Assembly: GCA_977030845.1 (NCBI GenBank)
Contig: OZ365114.1
Span: 21,514,001 to 21,578,000, forward strand
Length of the DNA: 64,000 bases
Origin: Fimbriosthenelais zetlandica
Lineage: Eukaryota
Reading direction: 5' to 3'
Made by a program: the position numbers and the translations under genes. Within the stretch, counting starts at the first letter, position 1, and each line of letters opens with the position of its first letter. Below the pieces are notes generated by a model that saw only the letters and a program-made list of their open reading frames with translations, had not been told where the DNA came from and did not search any database. Shown one piece after another: positions 24,901 through 39,350 of this stretch.

Positions 24901-27900
24901 TCAAGGGTAATTTGGTGACATAAATACGCGGCAGTGGGGCATTTTGGTTGCCCGCCGAGGCTTGGACTCATTCTGGTATTGTGAGAAGTAGGGGGGGCAG
25001 TAGTGGGCCCTAACAATGGCCAGGTAAACGATATAGATGCAACATGTCTGGACCCGGCCTCCCCTCACCAAGCTAATAATATGTTTTAATATGCACTAAT
25101 AACTCACATGGCCTCAGGCCCTGCAGGGAGCAGTGGGGCTAGGGGTCGGACGCCAGTCATTATTTACTCTAGCCCCCGGGGTCTGGGGTTGACGGGCCCC
25201 TACCCGACCAGGTAGGGGGTATTTTTAAAGAAGAAGTCGGGGAGGGTGTATGGACCATACATTTTTCGATTCATATATGTAGCGTAAGCGCTATTCTCTC
25301 CCTTGGGGCATTTTTCGGGTAAATATATATTGGAAAGGTATGGGTAGTGGTTAAAGCATTGTGGCTTTTATAAGTTTGCCGTCGAAATGTTTATAGAGTG
25401 GGAATGGGGTATGGATTCTTTGTCCAATATACCTATTATGAAGATATCAATTATTACGTCACTCCTGTATACAACTGGGAGGCATAAAATATGATAGAAA
25501 CAGTGCGGATCAGAGTGCATATATGTAACTGTCAGAACTGTAACTGCGCTATGAAAACCGCAAAGCTAAAAAAATATGATCCTATTTCTCAGTTCTGACT
25601 GGTTGAAGTTTAACATAACCGTGGGAAAGAAGAACCTTTATGATATTGAAAAAAAAAGTACAACATAAAAATTATATCTACGTATATATCTCATATATTG
25701 AGAAAGAATGAAAAAATCGTCGAATGATCTATTATTGTAAAAGAAAATAAATGAATAAAAGCCAGGTGTTTTGTGTTGTTAGCCAGGGAGCACCAGATAA
25801 CCCCTTGTAACCCCCTCTCCTTCCCTTTTCCAAGCTCAACTAATTTCTAACCGCTCTATTTCTCATTTGGTGGTAGAAAAAATAAAAATAAATAAAATAG
25901 ATCATAGAGTATAGAAACTTATAAGGCATAGTCCATAAACTCTATTTAGAGTACAATAATAAAAATCTATGTAGGGGGGTATTTCATAAAGCAAATTATT
26001 GGCCATGAGGGCCTGAGTAGGCCTATTGTGAAACCAAATAGATCACCTAACAGTATCTCATACAAATCCAGGTGATGCACAAATGTCAACATTTCTATCT
26101 GATTACATCATTCTTCCTCCCTCTGGTTTCATATTCATTTCGATGTCATCCTAATACATTGATATTCATATACTACTATGTCCGTTAGTTCCAGGCTCTC
26201 ATCATGCAGCAATGAGATACATTAATCAAATATTGGATGAAGTAACTATTCGGTAAACTAATGCTTTGGACGTTCATAATGCAATATTTGATTCCATATC
26301 AATTTTTTAATATTTCTGCATATGATTTTGCAGACTTGTATAAACTACATCAGGTTACCATTCCTTTCATATGAAATATGCATTTTAATACTGAATGCAT
26401 ATCCATGGAAGTGAAATGTATTTTTACCAAATGTCAATCCAATGCGTCCCCTTCACACATGCAAGCTTGTCAAATTGTTGCCAAATTTAGTGCACCTTTG
26501 GTTGTTTCATGTCCTACATAAGCCAGCTCATTGCTTGTTTTTAAATGAGAGTTCATAGGATGGATTCACCCTCTCCACTTCTTCCCCATCTCTGTCCATT
26601 CAGTGAGAGCGGCCCCGGGAATGAGAAGTACCATTCAGCGGATATTCATCCACCAACTAAAACAAGTCCCGGCCCCGTCCATTCTAACCACATGCAAAAT
26701 TCATACCATTTCACTTGGGCGAGAAGAGAACGCAAATTCAGGCTTTATGCTCTAATTTTCTCGAGCACTGCTGTGTATTGTGGTCTCGAAGGCAGGGGGC
26801 CCGGCGGTGCACCACTGGCAATTACTGGCACCTAATAGGCAAAGAAAGGAGTTGTCGTGCTGAGTTGAGGGGGGCTTGGAGTCTGCGCTTCACCATTTAA
26901 TACAGTGAGTAACAGGGGAGGCGAGTGGTTATACCACAAAACTGTAGAACGTCTCTAAATTCCCTCCCCATACCTGGAAAATTAAGCCCTGATCCACAAG
27001 TTCCGTGTGAGAGTGAGGAAGGGTGAAGAGAAAGAGATGACACCATTCACATTAAGTCCCCCATCCACCCCCGTCACCCTCCCACATATAGACCATTCTA
27101 TACCCTGCACTGGGGTTATTGACATGCGTTTGCGTGGATCCATTCCACCCTTATCATGAATAGTACTTGGGCAGCTAAAGCTTTTTGGCACTGATTTGCT
27201 GCAGTGGTTAGTGGGTCGGACTCAATGATTTAAAAGCATTATCAGTGTGAAAATGGTGGCTCCTTGCCTCGATAATGCACCGCTCACACTCTTCACTTGG
27301 CAGAAATAAATAAAGTGAAAGGTTTGGCTATTGACATTTTTTTTATCCTCCCTGTCATGGAATGAGAGTGATTTTTTAAAACGTGGGAAGAGTGATTTTT
27401 AATAGAACAGTCTGACCCCACTCCTCCTGTCAGGCCGACCAGTCCATTATTAATGGTGAAGGATGACCTTTCCCATTAAAAACTGCTTATAGTTTTGTAA
27501 TCGCACTTGACTCAGTTTTAGTTCAAATCATGTTAGGCTTAATCTCTCTTTTCCACAGGAAAACTATCCTATGGTCTCAGGAGGTATGAAATGTCCATCA
27601 TGTCACATGAGCCTGTGCTCAAGTGGACTGAGGTCAAAGGTCAAGTATATATTACTGTACAACTTCCATTCAAATTCGATTTTTTTAAAGTAGGAACTTC
27701 AAGAATATCCAAGAAAATTAATTAAAGTAAACATAATTACATAAGCAAACCATTGGACATGATAGTTACTTTCATTGACAGATATCTGTATAAACAGAGT
27801 CCCAGACAATGGGGTTTTGCTTTGTTCAAAATTCAACATCAGTGACTGGAACGCCCAGTATAGGGAAGGGGTCCTACCTCGTCCCACCCTCCAACCAGAT

Positions 27901-29797
27901 TCCAACACAGATGCTTATCAGCGCAGTGAAACCAGTGGGACAGTTCTAGGGTTTGATTAAAATGATAAGGTCACCTGAGACTTAGGTGAGGTAACTCAAG
28001 CTATACAGGTAGGATATCAAAGGTTTCATCACACGGCCGGTCATCACTGTGACCATCAGTAGCCTTAGTGGTCACTGCTGGGCTTACATACTGAGATAAA
28101 TGCCACTCACCACATATCAAAGCATATAGCCCCAAATGTGGGATGGATGCACCTTTGTAGATAACTATTTGTGGAGGAAGAATTGCTAATCCCCGAATAA
28201 TGTCCCTTTAAGCTCCTGATTGATACTAAACACCTGATTGTATCACCCGTGTAAAACCTAATGAATCTAACAATATAAATTCACTGTGAGTATTCACAGG
28301 TACATCACAACATCAATGAAATAAGTTTGTCCATTCAAACTGTTTAAAGCTGTCACAGGAAAATGAGGCAAGAAAATAATGGCATAATATTAGACCTGTA
28401 ACAGAATACATCTTATATTACGGAAGTTCTGAAACTAAAAATATATAGTGAATATCTAAGTTTTCACATACCTTATAGAATAAGTAAGTCGGTTGGATGT
28501 CTTCCTATACAAGGAATCTGGAGCCTCAGTAATATTAATCCTCCAAGTGTGCACAATCAAACTTCAATAAACACGCACTATGTAGTTCACATTCAAACTC
28601 TTCCATTAACCACATCATTTAAAGGCGAATATTTAATCCAATGAAGAACACACTTGTATCTTTTGTTGCCACTTGGTCTTGAACAGCTGGTAGATTTAGA
28701 CGACACAATACTCCCACAGCATGGTCGGGTTGGGTTGTGTATTAGCAGGTTCAATGTTGTCCATTCCTCCCATCCTCTCAAGTAATCGCGATGATAAGAT
28801 TTAACGTCGCAGCACCAGGTCTGGAAAATATAAATTAAGAATGCACTATAGTATTTTTTATATTTTTAAGATAATTATTTATTTAAATGCCCTGGTGCAT
28901 ATAGGCTAGGCCTAGGCCTACTATAATATTCAGTCATGGCTCTGAAAGGCCTAACCATTTCAACCACTACAATGAACTTTATTTTCAACAAGGAATCTTT
29001 CCTATCCGTCATGAATACAACACATTTTTATCGATGAGAAGTGATAAGAAGCAGTGGGAGATAGGAGGCATCTAATTAGTGACTGTAATCAGGTATCTCG
29101 GGTTATCAGTGCCACCCTGGCCAGGCGAGACGTTAGCATGGTATTGGTATCGACAGGCGGATAATAGGCGGCCATTCTATACGCCTGCCCCGCCATGGCC
29201 CCGAGTCACCCCCTATACCTCTCACGTCTCCATATAGGTATACATGAGGCGGGAGGGGGAGACAGTTTCACTAACACACATCACTCTACCTACACCTATC
29301 ATGTAATTCGAATTACAGGAAACCAAAATGGCACCTGGTAGATTTGTTCATTTTTAATATTGTAAAATACACGATTTAAACTTAATGACACACAAACCTT
29401 TTAAACCACATGAGAATAGTTCATAAAATAAAGCCTAAGGTAAATTCTGTAGAAAATGCTTCGGAAATTATGACACCTATCATCGTATTTCAATTGTATG
29501 TAAACACGGGATATACCCATTCGACCCAAATCGAATTACCATGATACCATACAACAAAACAGTCAGATTCGGCGGAAAATAGATGTGCTTGGTATTCATC
29601 TTTATCATTAAAAGAAAAGAATCATGTTTACCACTAAAAGAGAAGACTCCTCTAATCTGCTAGTTCATTCTGTCACAATTCAATGATGTTTATAGGAGTC
29701 TATGACTAGCCTATATAGATCTACTGTAACGCTACGTTACCGGTGAGGCAGCGTGCGTGCTAAGCACGCCTCCAAATCTCAACAATTGTCGACCGAA

Positions 29798-30291
29798 TTT
29801 AGCCATGAAAAACTGGCAAAGATGCCTCCATACTTATATTTACTTGGTCTTAACTACTTTATACTTACTCTGTGATAGGTTCATTCTTTAGCAATGCATC
29901 TAAACTTATTATATTGGACGATTGTTTGGCTCCGGACCACGCTTGATCCCCCATCTTCTTTTACCTTTTTCGCCATCGAACAACTTCCGGTTTACTTCTC
30001 GGATCCTTCGCGAGGCGTGGTGACTCCACCGTTTAGCCATGAATAACTGGCAAAGATGTTCCCATTGCGCTAAACTTATATTTATTTGGTTTTAACTACT
30101 TTATACTCACTCTATGGTAAGTTTATCCCTTAGCAATGCATCTGAATTGATTATATTGGACGATTTGTTTGGTTCAGTACCATGGTTTGATCCGCCTGCT
30201 TCTTTTACCTTTTTCGCCTTCGAACAACTTCCGGTTCAAACAACTTCCGCTTTAATACCTGGATCCGTCGTGAGGCGTGGTGGCGCCATCG
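29798..30291. repeat. Tandem duplication: 234 bp (29798-30031) plus 260 bp (30032-30291)
   Basis: Both copies start tttagccatgaa(a/t)aactggcaaagatg and end ggatcc(t/g)tcg(c/t)gaggcgtggtg..cca.cg; about 80% identity by eye. Confidence 0.92.
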
Positions 30292-30931
30292 TTGGAGCTT
30301 TAAAACATCATTTATGGGGTGAGTTTTTGTTTCATATATTAGATATACTTTGTTTAATATTATGTGGAACAGGGCCACCCCAGGGAACCCACATTTACGT
30401 GATTATTTCTTATCTTAGGCCTACTGGTTCCTCTAAACATCTAAGTTAGGCCACTGAGGACATAAAGCAGTTGCGGTATAAGGTGGATGATAGAGCATGT
30501 CATATCCGGGATATAGAGATATCCTGATGGAGGAACTGTGTATAATTTGGCATCTCTTTTGCCAGGCTTTTTCCAAGCGCGATGTTGTTAGTTAGACAGA
30601 GTTCAGAGGTGGAGACTCGCTGACAGGGTCACTACAAATGGCTGTCAGTTGTCAGACACACAACTGGACACGCGATCATATCAACCCCTCTATATGCTGT
30701 ATACATGTGTGTGAGGTTTATGCTTTGAAGCAAAATGAAGCAAAATGAAGCTTTGCATTAATTTTTAAAACATAAAGCATTTTGTTCCAATAAAAGGAAG
30801 AGAGTTGAAATTGCATGGAGTCTAGCACATGCAATTTACCCCAGATTGGGGTTGTCAGAACCACCCAGAAATATTACGCAATAAATTCATAAGCATTATC
30901 ATTTCATTATTTCGTAATAATTTTTTTTTCA

Positions 30932-30990
30932 GATGGAGTGAACTAGGCGTAACCTGATCAGAGGGTCGGCGGTTCAATCCCCAAGCTGTC
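30932..30990 (+). mobile_element. tRNA-derived SINE head (degenerate)
   Basis: Pol III B-box GGTTCAATCCC (30971-30981) preceded by gagggtcggc, and a weak A-box-like gatggagtgaactagg about 40 nt upstream. No intact cloverleaf. Confidence 0.55.
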
Positions 30991-31250
30991 CATGGTATTT
31001 TCAGTGCGTTCCTCCTCAGGATGTTGGTGTGCTGTGTGGACGTTATATCGCCTTACCAGAGAAAAACTACACTTCGCCTGGCCCCACCTTCACAACTATT
31101 CACACCTGTTCACACCCGCCTCTACCTTCACACCTGAGCTTGGTCATTGGCTTGACGTACACCTCCAGTCCACCTAGCCCACCTGAGATACCAACGACTC
31201 CCCTCACCCTCCTAAGATCTCACATTAGGACTAATACTCATGACAAAGTC

Positions 31251-31459
31251 TTGGTCATGAATAAACTAGTTACTGCTCATCAGTAGCTCATGAATGACTC
31301 ATGGTGTGGATGGCTCATCGCTGGATGAAGAGCAGAGGACGTGAGAAAGTGTTGGTCATGAACTATACTAGTTACTGCTCATTAGTAGCTCATGAATGAC
31401 TCATGGTGTGGATGGCTCATCGCTGGATGAAGAGCGGAGGAGACAGACGTAAGAAAGTG
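31251..31459. repeat. Recent tandem duplication: 101 bp (31251-31351) plus 108 bp (31352-31459)
   Basis: Near-identical core ttggtcatgaa..actagttactgctcat(c/t)agtagctcatgaatgactcatggtgtggatggctcatcgctggatgaagagc(a/g)gagg. Confidence 0.96.
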
Positions 31460-31789
31460 GAGAGGGGCATCTAATGCATGCAACCTCTCTATTTCTATCT
31501 ATTATTTATTTTTATAAGATTATTCTGAGGGCCTGCCTTTTGTTCTATTGTATTGTATTTCAACCTCTAGAATTAATTTTTTTACAGGACTTCTGTATTA
31601 TTTAGTTTTAAGAATTCAGTCTGAGGCCATGACCTCCTCGCATCTTTTCTCGTCTCTGATATGTGGCAGGCTCTTGTTGATTAACAGTGTTGTATATCAT
31701 TGAACTTCAGAAGTTCGATGGATTTCACAATTTCAATTGGACGCGCACTTTTTACTACAAACAAGTCCAAGATGGTGTCTACCAAATCG

Positions 31790-31846
31790 GCTTGGGGTGG
31801 GGGTGGGGGTCCAGGATACTTGGAAACCCCCCTGGATACGCCACTG
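31790..31846. mobile_element. Probable terminus of a non-autonomous DNA transposon (MITE-like)
   Basis: G-rich tract followed by ggaaacccccctggatacgccactg, matching the CAG(T/G)GGCG(T/G)ATCCAG-type terminal inverted repeats common in invertebrate genomes. The partner end was not found. Confidence 0.4.
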
Positions 31847-34800
31847 AAAACTGAAAAATCCTAGCGTCTATCAGGTTGGAGTAAGCGTCGATTCAATGTT
31901 CTTTGTTGGGTTCAAAGATTTGCCTCAAGTCACTTGTTCACAGACACGTTATATGCAGCACCTCAATAAAACATGTGGAAGTTGATTTAGGCTTAACACA
32001 CTAGGTGTTTAGTGTAAACCCAACATGCGATATGTTGAACCACTCAAGGCATGCTTTCTGACAGCTATACCTTTTCATCACGTGATGCCTTTAGCGTTTG
32101 TACTTACTGAAAAATCTTTGAACAGTACAGAAGCAAAATATGACTTTAACGTACATGTAAACCCTGTTGGGAAATCATTTATACGGGTTTGAAATAATAA
32201 TTCAGATACATGTACTTTTTGGTCTGTATAATAGGATTGGTAAAGAATCTGATTAAATCAAATTCTCTCCTCATAATTAGTGGGATAGATTCTTTTCTAA
32301 TTATTTTAGTGTCTTTTACTGGGTAATGTCGGCTGGAGGAATACTTGTACAAATACATGGGCAATGCTTGAGGTTTTGATGTTTAGTTCATGTCTTATTT
32401 GAAGTGTCAATCAGGGTCCTCTCTTCTATGGGTCACTGAGCTTGATTGGTAGTGGTGTAGAAGTGTATAGATGAGAGAAGAATGCACAGCAGATGTTCTG
32501 TTCAAACATGAAATGTGACAAATGCATCTACTGTATATATCAATATCTCCCTGTGCACTGACATGGCATTGTTTGAACTGCATAGATTTTCCTCATGAAG
32601 GGACAGTTTATGAACCAATTCATGTACAACTTATGCATCTTCATACGCCAGTTCTGGAAAAGAAAATGGTGAGAGTATGATGGAGTAATAATTCAACTGC
32701 AGTTTTCTGTTTGATTGGCCTCTATACTCAACTAACTAAAGTATAAACTGACATTATTTCTTTTAAAGGGTAAATTTAAACTCAGAAGCATCTGACCCCC
32801 ACATCCCCTGACGAAATAGACTCCAAGCGTCATATTGGAGAGGGGATGATCATTTCTAAATGGAACAAAACCCTAGCAGAATCTGCAATAGAGGAAGGTC
32901 AAGTTTTCAAAAGGCCCTAAAAAGGGAAAAAATAAAAGGGCCAAAAACAAGGGTCAGTCGCCAGTAGCATTGTAGGTAGTGTGTCGGAGTCAGGTTGACC
33001 AATTCAAAGCCAGCCTGATCCGGTACAAGGGGATAGAGAATGGCGTCTCAGAATTAACCAGTCCAGATCAGGAAACAGGCCACTGGAGAATGATGTCGTC
33101 CCGTCTCCTCTAAACGTCGGTGTAGCATTTCCCTACAACCGACTGGGATTAGGGAAAGCAGAGGCTGGAGCATTCCGCCATGGCACTGGGGTATCTAGGC
33201 GGGACTTATAAGGGGCTTTAGAAGGGATTGAGGCAGTGAGAGGGAGAGACAATGACGGGATTAGTACACACGCATCCTTGTTCCCGGCGGAACACGGAAG
33301 CTCAGGCCAGCGTTTGATCTGTCATGACTACCGTAGCATATCCGGTGGAGCAACTTCCGGCGCAGTTCTCAGCGACGCCAGTTGGGTAGAAAAGTAGCAG
33401 GGATGGGATGGATTATGGTGGGCCTGCCTCTCATGTAGTGGAGGGAATGTGGTATGAGTATGGACTTTAGTTTTCAGGAAGGGGTAAAGGTCAGCAGTAT
33501 AGGCGGATGGCTGCTGTGGAATTCCCTATCTATCATTGCAGCCTTAGATATTGAGATTTAATACCAACATTAAAAGAGTAAAGTTCATTTTTAATTTTCA
33601 AAATTGCGCAAGGACAACCCTCAGATAAACGTATAATTTGCCACTTAACAACCACATCTGGTTAAATTAACGATAAACCAGAGATACATGTAGGAATATC
33701 CACATGAAAACGACATGAGGATTCAAACTTTTAAAACTCAGGGTTGTCTCTCTCGCCAATCTCCTTTTTTCACAACGGAAATCACCCATGCTCATACATA
33801 CAGACAAGAGCGTTTTTAATTCCTTCTTTTTTTCATTTCATCTTTTCCACTCCTGGTATAGTTTTTAGTTGTAAATTTGAATTCTTACCGAGCCCCCCGC
33901 CTCTTCCAGTCCCCACTCGGCCCAGTCATTCATCATTAGAGAGACACAGATCCAACATGTGATCCATCTTCACCACCAAGTCCCCTACATGCTTACAAGA
34001 TGGATGGGGTCTCCTCACAAATAACACGTGCTCTAAACATGGCGCGAATCATTCCAGCGAGGTGACAAATAAAAGGACATTATACTACAGAAGCCGATAC
34101 GTCAAAAGCTTCCAGTGCTCGAGAGCTTGGGTGGTAGGGTAAGAAAACACAAGTAGGAGGAGGGCTAAGAGGGGCGGGCTCATTTGAATAACCCCATTGT
34201 GGATTTGAGGAGGGCTGTAGAAACGGGAGCTTTTCCAAAGGAGAGGAGGAGTATTGTCAAGTGTAATGTGAAATTGCATCATGGCTCTGCTCCCAATGAG
34301 GCACAATGTGAAATGACATTGGTAGAAGGTGTGCCAAAGATGGATGTCCCCACACAGCAGGAAATGACCTGAGTAATTATAAAAGTATTAATTTCCCTTG
34401 GAAAGAAATCTAAGCAGCTTTTAAAGCCTTAACGTGGGACCTCTCCATCTCTGAGGGCATTCTTATACATGCAGACGAGAGAAACAAACCTCAGACCCAC
34501 TAAGTTTACAAAGAGTTATCTGAAAAAGATTTTACTCCATAATCTGCTGTCGTGGTCCCATTCGACCGTGACGTCATCTTCCCTGTGATCAACGTGAAAA
34601 CTCACGTGACCTCTGCTCCTCCCGAGATAACCTATAATCACGCGAGATCTACGTCTGACGAGAGCGGGCCTCATTGTGGCGGTATAGAGTTACGCCATCT
34701 ACCGAGCCGCCCCATCAACCCGTCACACAGAAATGGCGCCTGGCTTTTTGGCAAATTACAGGTAGGGACTGTATATGACACAAGGGGGAAATAACCATTA

Positions 34801-37800
34801 TATATCATCAATTATACATCATAATGTTCTCTCCTACCAAAGGGGGGAGTACAGCCAGACATTTCCGCCTTTAACGACAAAAATGGACAATTAAAATCCA
34901 CGACATAAAACATGGCCCTCATAGTAATTACATACATAACGCAGAAAAGACTGCAGTCCCCCACACCGCCGTTCTAAAGCCCTCAGTATATAATCATTGC
35001 TCCCATGAAAAATTATCCCCATGACAGAAACAGAACCTGAGAAGGAAATGGCGTCGAGATATGAAAGAAAAAAGTGAGGTATCTCAGTGCTAATATTTCC
35101 AATGGGAGATCAATGCCTTTCTCATATCTCAAACGATCTACTGAATCGATACTAAATCTTATATGGGAAAGTTACATGAAGCTTATATTTCAACGCAAAG
35201 CCGAAGAAGCCCCTACCAGGGCGAAAATTTATCTGTATAAGGATGAAAAGGATTCATATTTAAGTTACTAAATTTTATAAAATTATTTTAAAACTTTTGG
35301 GGATGTATATTATAGATTCCAAATAGTGATATAGATTCAAGTACCAAACTACTGATATTGGCAAAATACTGAAATGTATCGAGCTAAAGTATTGTGGCTC
35401 GATTCTTAAGAATTTCCTCTCGAATAAAAGCAACATATTTCTGTGGAGCTTTAGCTGAGGGAGGAGAGTCCCACTGTATATATAAAGTAGAGAGGGAGAG
35501 TTTTATATCCTGAAGGGCCTTGTTTTGTTTTTGGGCGGCCACACAAAAGCCTTGGCTTACAGGGGCCAAGTCTGGGGGTGAATACCAAATGAAGTTCTGT
35601 AGAACTCGATACGTGAAAATCAAACAGGACTGTGAGCCAGCAGGGCCAGTCTCTGGCGGCAGTGGGGGGACATCAGCAGTCAGCAGGTTGTTGGTCTGAC
35701 ATCTACTCCCAACCAACCCAAAGCATACAAACCCTTTTAAAATATACACCTCACATTCGTCTACTGGCACGACCCTCTACATGGTTCCAACAGCAAAGGC
35801 CAAAGGAAACATCCACCAGGCCCTAAGACAACCAGCCCTTCCTGCCCCAAAATGTTGTCTGTCAAGTATTTCCAAACACGAGCGCAGTGAAACTCAACCA
35901 AAGTTTATACAGAAATTCTATAGCATGTAACATATCGACTGTATGTGGAGTGTATTTGTAGGGTTTTACGTGCGCTACTTTGGGAATATATTATAAACAA
36001 ACGGGCAGGCCATTTGATATGTTTGGGCAGACGTGCAGCTACTGAACTTATCATATTGTCCCCTCTCCTCATGAATATCCAACATATAACTTGTCCAGGT
36101 ATATGGTTTTCGCCAGTCAAAACATTGATGTGGGATCCATGACACTAACCCTCCCCCACGCCCCTACCATGGCCTTCAGGCGGCCTGAGGCAGACTCCCA
36201 TAGATGTCAGGAGAAATGGATGATAGGGAGGAGAGCATTATTAAATTTTGTCATATCGATGTATGTTGATCTCATGGAGGCGGGTGTAGTCTGAGACAGG
36301 AAATGCACATATATTTCAAGTGACCGTGTTTCATTCCACTTTAGCTAAAGCAGAGAAATGATGGCTCTATAAATATGCTTAAGGCGCATGGCTCCTTATG
36401 ATTTATTGTAGCATTGCATTATTACGTAACTGAGTGTTGGTACAATAGGTATATTGCCATTGAATTGCACATATGGCACTCTAATGCAAACATATATGTA
36501 TACAATTCACCCAACGGTTTGGCAGATTATTATGCCCATTGATGTCATATAGAACGAATATTGCATAATATTTTATATATTACGGCATTATTCAACCAAT
36601 AATTGCGATAAATACATATATTATAATGAAAAGTTAGAGAAATAATGATCTCTAAGTAGAGCTAAGGGGTGATTAAGGTAGTGAAAAAAATTCCTGTGCA
36701 CTCTAACTAAAATGCATTTGTCCTTCTTTTGCACGTTCATGTATTGACATAAAAGTGGCCCTTCCCATAGTAATGTCTGGTACACATACAACCACACACA
36801 CACACCTGACTTGGTCCTATAACGGGTTTTTTACCAGTCATGCATCTCGCTACAGAAAAAAAGTCGATATGGCACGAAATTGATGGTGAACAAAGGCAGG
36901 CCCAGCGGTAGCTAGAAGGATGCAACAATCGTCATACCTGGAAGCTGGCCAGGAAATTTGCCACTGACTGTGGAACTTGTTAAATACATTCCCTACAGGG
37001 TCTGGTGGTACTTCAGTGCAATATTTTCTTACATTTACATCTATATAAAAATGTGAAATATTAGCAGTATCTTTTCATAATGACATCAGGATATATTATT
37101 GCTACGATTTTTAACCTAGTATCAGCCTTAGGAAAAAGGAGTTGCACAGTAAATATTTGTTTGTATTTACAGTGTCAACAAATTAAGAAATTTAGATTTA
37201 TGACAGCACATTCAGAAACTGAAGAGTTAAATTAAGAATGCATGACATGGAGGTCCAGTAGGCTTTGCTAGGCTTGTAGGTCCTCTAACACCCTCTACTC
37301 AAGCTATATAGAGCCCCATCAAGTCGCCATATTAGCCGTCATCCTGGGGGCACATAATAACCCCCAGGGGCGGGGTAAAGCCCCTGGAAGGCCCTTGAAG
37401 CCCCCGCTGCTGTGACAGGTGCATGGGACGGTCGGGTACATCAAAGGGCCCTTCACCTGACAGCTTGGGCTCATAGTGCACGGCATTCAGTGGAGCGTGG
37501 AAGGGTTTGGGACAGGACGGGGGCTGTATAACGGTAAGTGGGCGTGGTCCTTCTTCCTCTAGCCAAGCCATATTTCCATGCCAAAGCTAAACACCCCACC
37601 CTCCTAGAACACTGAGTGGACCACTCACCCCTCTTATACCTATAGTTTCTAACGTTCCCTCCATATAGCCATAGAGGTGAACTCTCAGCCCAGAGGCCTT
37701 ATTACTCTCACATATACACTTATATGTCCCTCAATGACCGATTGTTGGCCACCTCAAATGAAGATATCAGAGCGGGCAAGGCTCTTTAATCGCCGTAAAT

Positions 37801-38299
37801 TAATCACAAACCAACGGTGAATGAGAGATGCGGAAGTGAAAGTTTCCCTTAGCTCGTTAAGGGTAATTTATAACTGTATATGGCTTGGTGTTTGTGATAA
37901 AAGCAATAAGTTCAAATTATTTCCCTTTCATATTACAGAAGCATCAGAAATAATTTAATAAAATATAATAAGATTAAATGAAGGCCAATCTAGTTGGCTG
38001 TGATTTTGGAACTACAGTAAGCATATATAGGCATATTATAGAAGTATAAGAGATATTCCAGGTAGAGACCCATGCACGTATACATGTACAGAATTGTGTG
38101 ATGTACAGTCAGGTAGAGCCTAAACCCCACACACCAACTAAACCCCCACCCCTACCACCTGTATTAAAGCCCCATCATACGATACACCCCTGGGATCAGG
38201 CTTGATCCCTACCCGGATGGGCGGCCTAGGATCAGGCCCCTTTCATCCTCCTTTTGATCTCCTTGAGACCGACACTGGGGACAATGGAAGAATACTCCT

Positions 38300-39350
38300 C
38301 AACCTAAACAGACGCATGGCCCTACAGACCCTTCTGTGGATGCTGACTGTCAGTCTATATCACCTTGTATGCATGCTGAATAGTCTAAGAGGGAAAGTTG
38401 TACAACTAGATAAAGATCGAAATGGACTGAAATACAATATACTATAGCTCTGGCATTGTGCTTTCTGCATCATCCTCTTTGCCTTAGGCAATTGCCATGC
38501 TCAGGAAAAAAAGTGTCATTTCCAGGTGTCGTATCCTTGACATGCTTCTATTCAGTCTATTTTGTCCAGGACTTTGGGCATAATGGGATTTTCGGACTTG
38601 AATTAACAAATTTAAATACGTTAAAACTTCTTCTTTTAGGGGAAGGGCAACTGCTGAAATGTCTAATACTTATATGTATGAACCACCAACATAACAGTTT
38701 TGAATCCTACCGCCTGGCTGGTGGTAAACATATGTGCGATGTCCTGCATTTACTCTAGCCTTTGATGTCTCTAGTTAATTCCTCCATTATCTTGTAATTA
38801 GGACGAGGAACATTTTACCTTTGATTAATCATTGTGAAGATGAGGCGGAACTGGATTATCCAACAAGAGAATGGGCATTACAGCAGTCAATACCCTGATC
38901 AGAGCGCCCCCTTTGGGCTGGAATTAAGGGGTATAACATCATATAAGGACTAGCACTCGTTACATTTCTACCCTCAAGTATTTGATTGGAGGTAGCAACT
39001 CACTTAGATCAAAGCCCGATTTGTCGGTCAGCCATTCTAAAGCAAACACCTTAATGAGTTCTCTACCGTCGGTCAGAGGTACTGTCCATCAATTTATGTT
39101 TGTGGTCAGCTTGGTCAAATCCACTCCAACTGACCACCAGAGGGGCGAGTTGATCATGAGCAAATATCCAGTGATTGACCAGGGGGTTTGCTACAGACAC
39201 TAGGTCAACATTAGAGGAAATGACCAGTATAGGGTAGGAGTTAAACTGACCAGAGGAAATCACTCTGCTTCTATGTACCCAGGTAGTTACTGGCTGTTGA
39301 CTATATAAAGGCTGGGATATATTGGTGGAAGAAGGGATTAATGTCTGCAC
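38300..39350 (-). mobile_element. Decayed L2-like reverse transcriptase (about 1 kb)
   Basis: Collinear remnants: PVTTWVHRSRVISSGQFNSY (cf. VTSGVPQGSVLGPLLFxxY), WIFAHDQL (cf. LFADDTxL), and near 38450-38560 AWQLPKAKRMMQK (cf. LHWLPxxxRIxxK). Confidence 0.5.

Noticed and set aside
30932-31000. Functional tRNA gene
   Set aside because: Only the B-box is good; there is no acceptor stem, cloverleaf or poly-T terminator. Called a SINE head instead.
34655-34680. CTGACGA followed by a G-C closed stem (hammerhead-like)
   Set aside because: The required GAAA after stem II is absent (attg instead).
38202-38230. PTRMGGLG motif resembling non-LTR RT C-terminal LPxRxGGLG
   Set aside because: It is isolated, has no other collinear motifs on that strand, and lies next to a better supported minus-strand L2 remnant.
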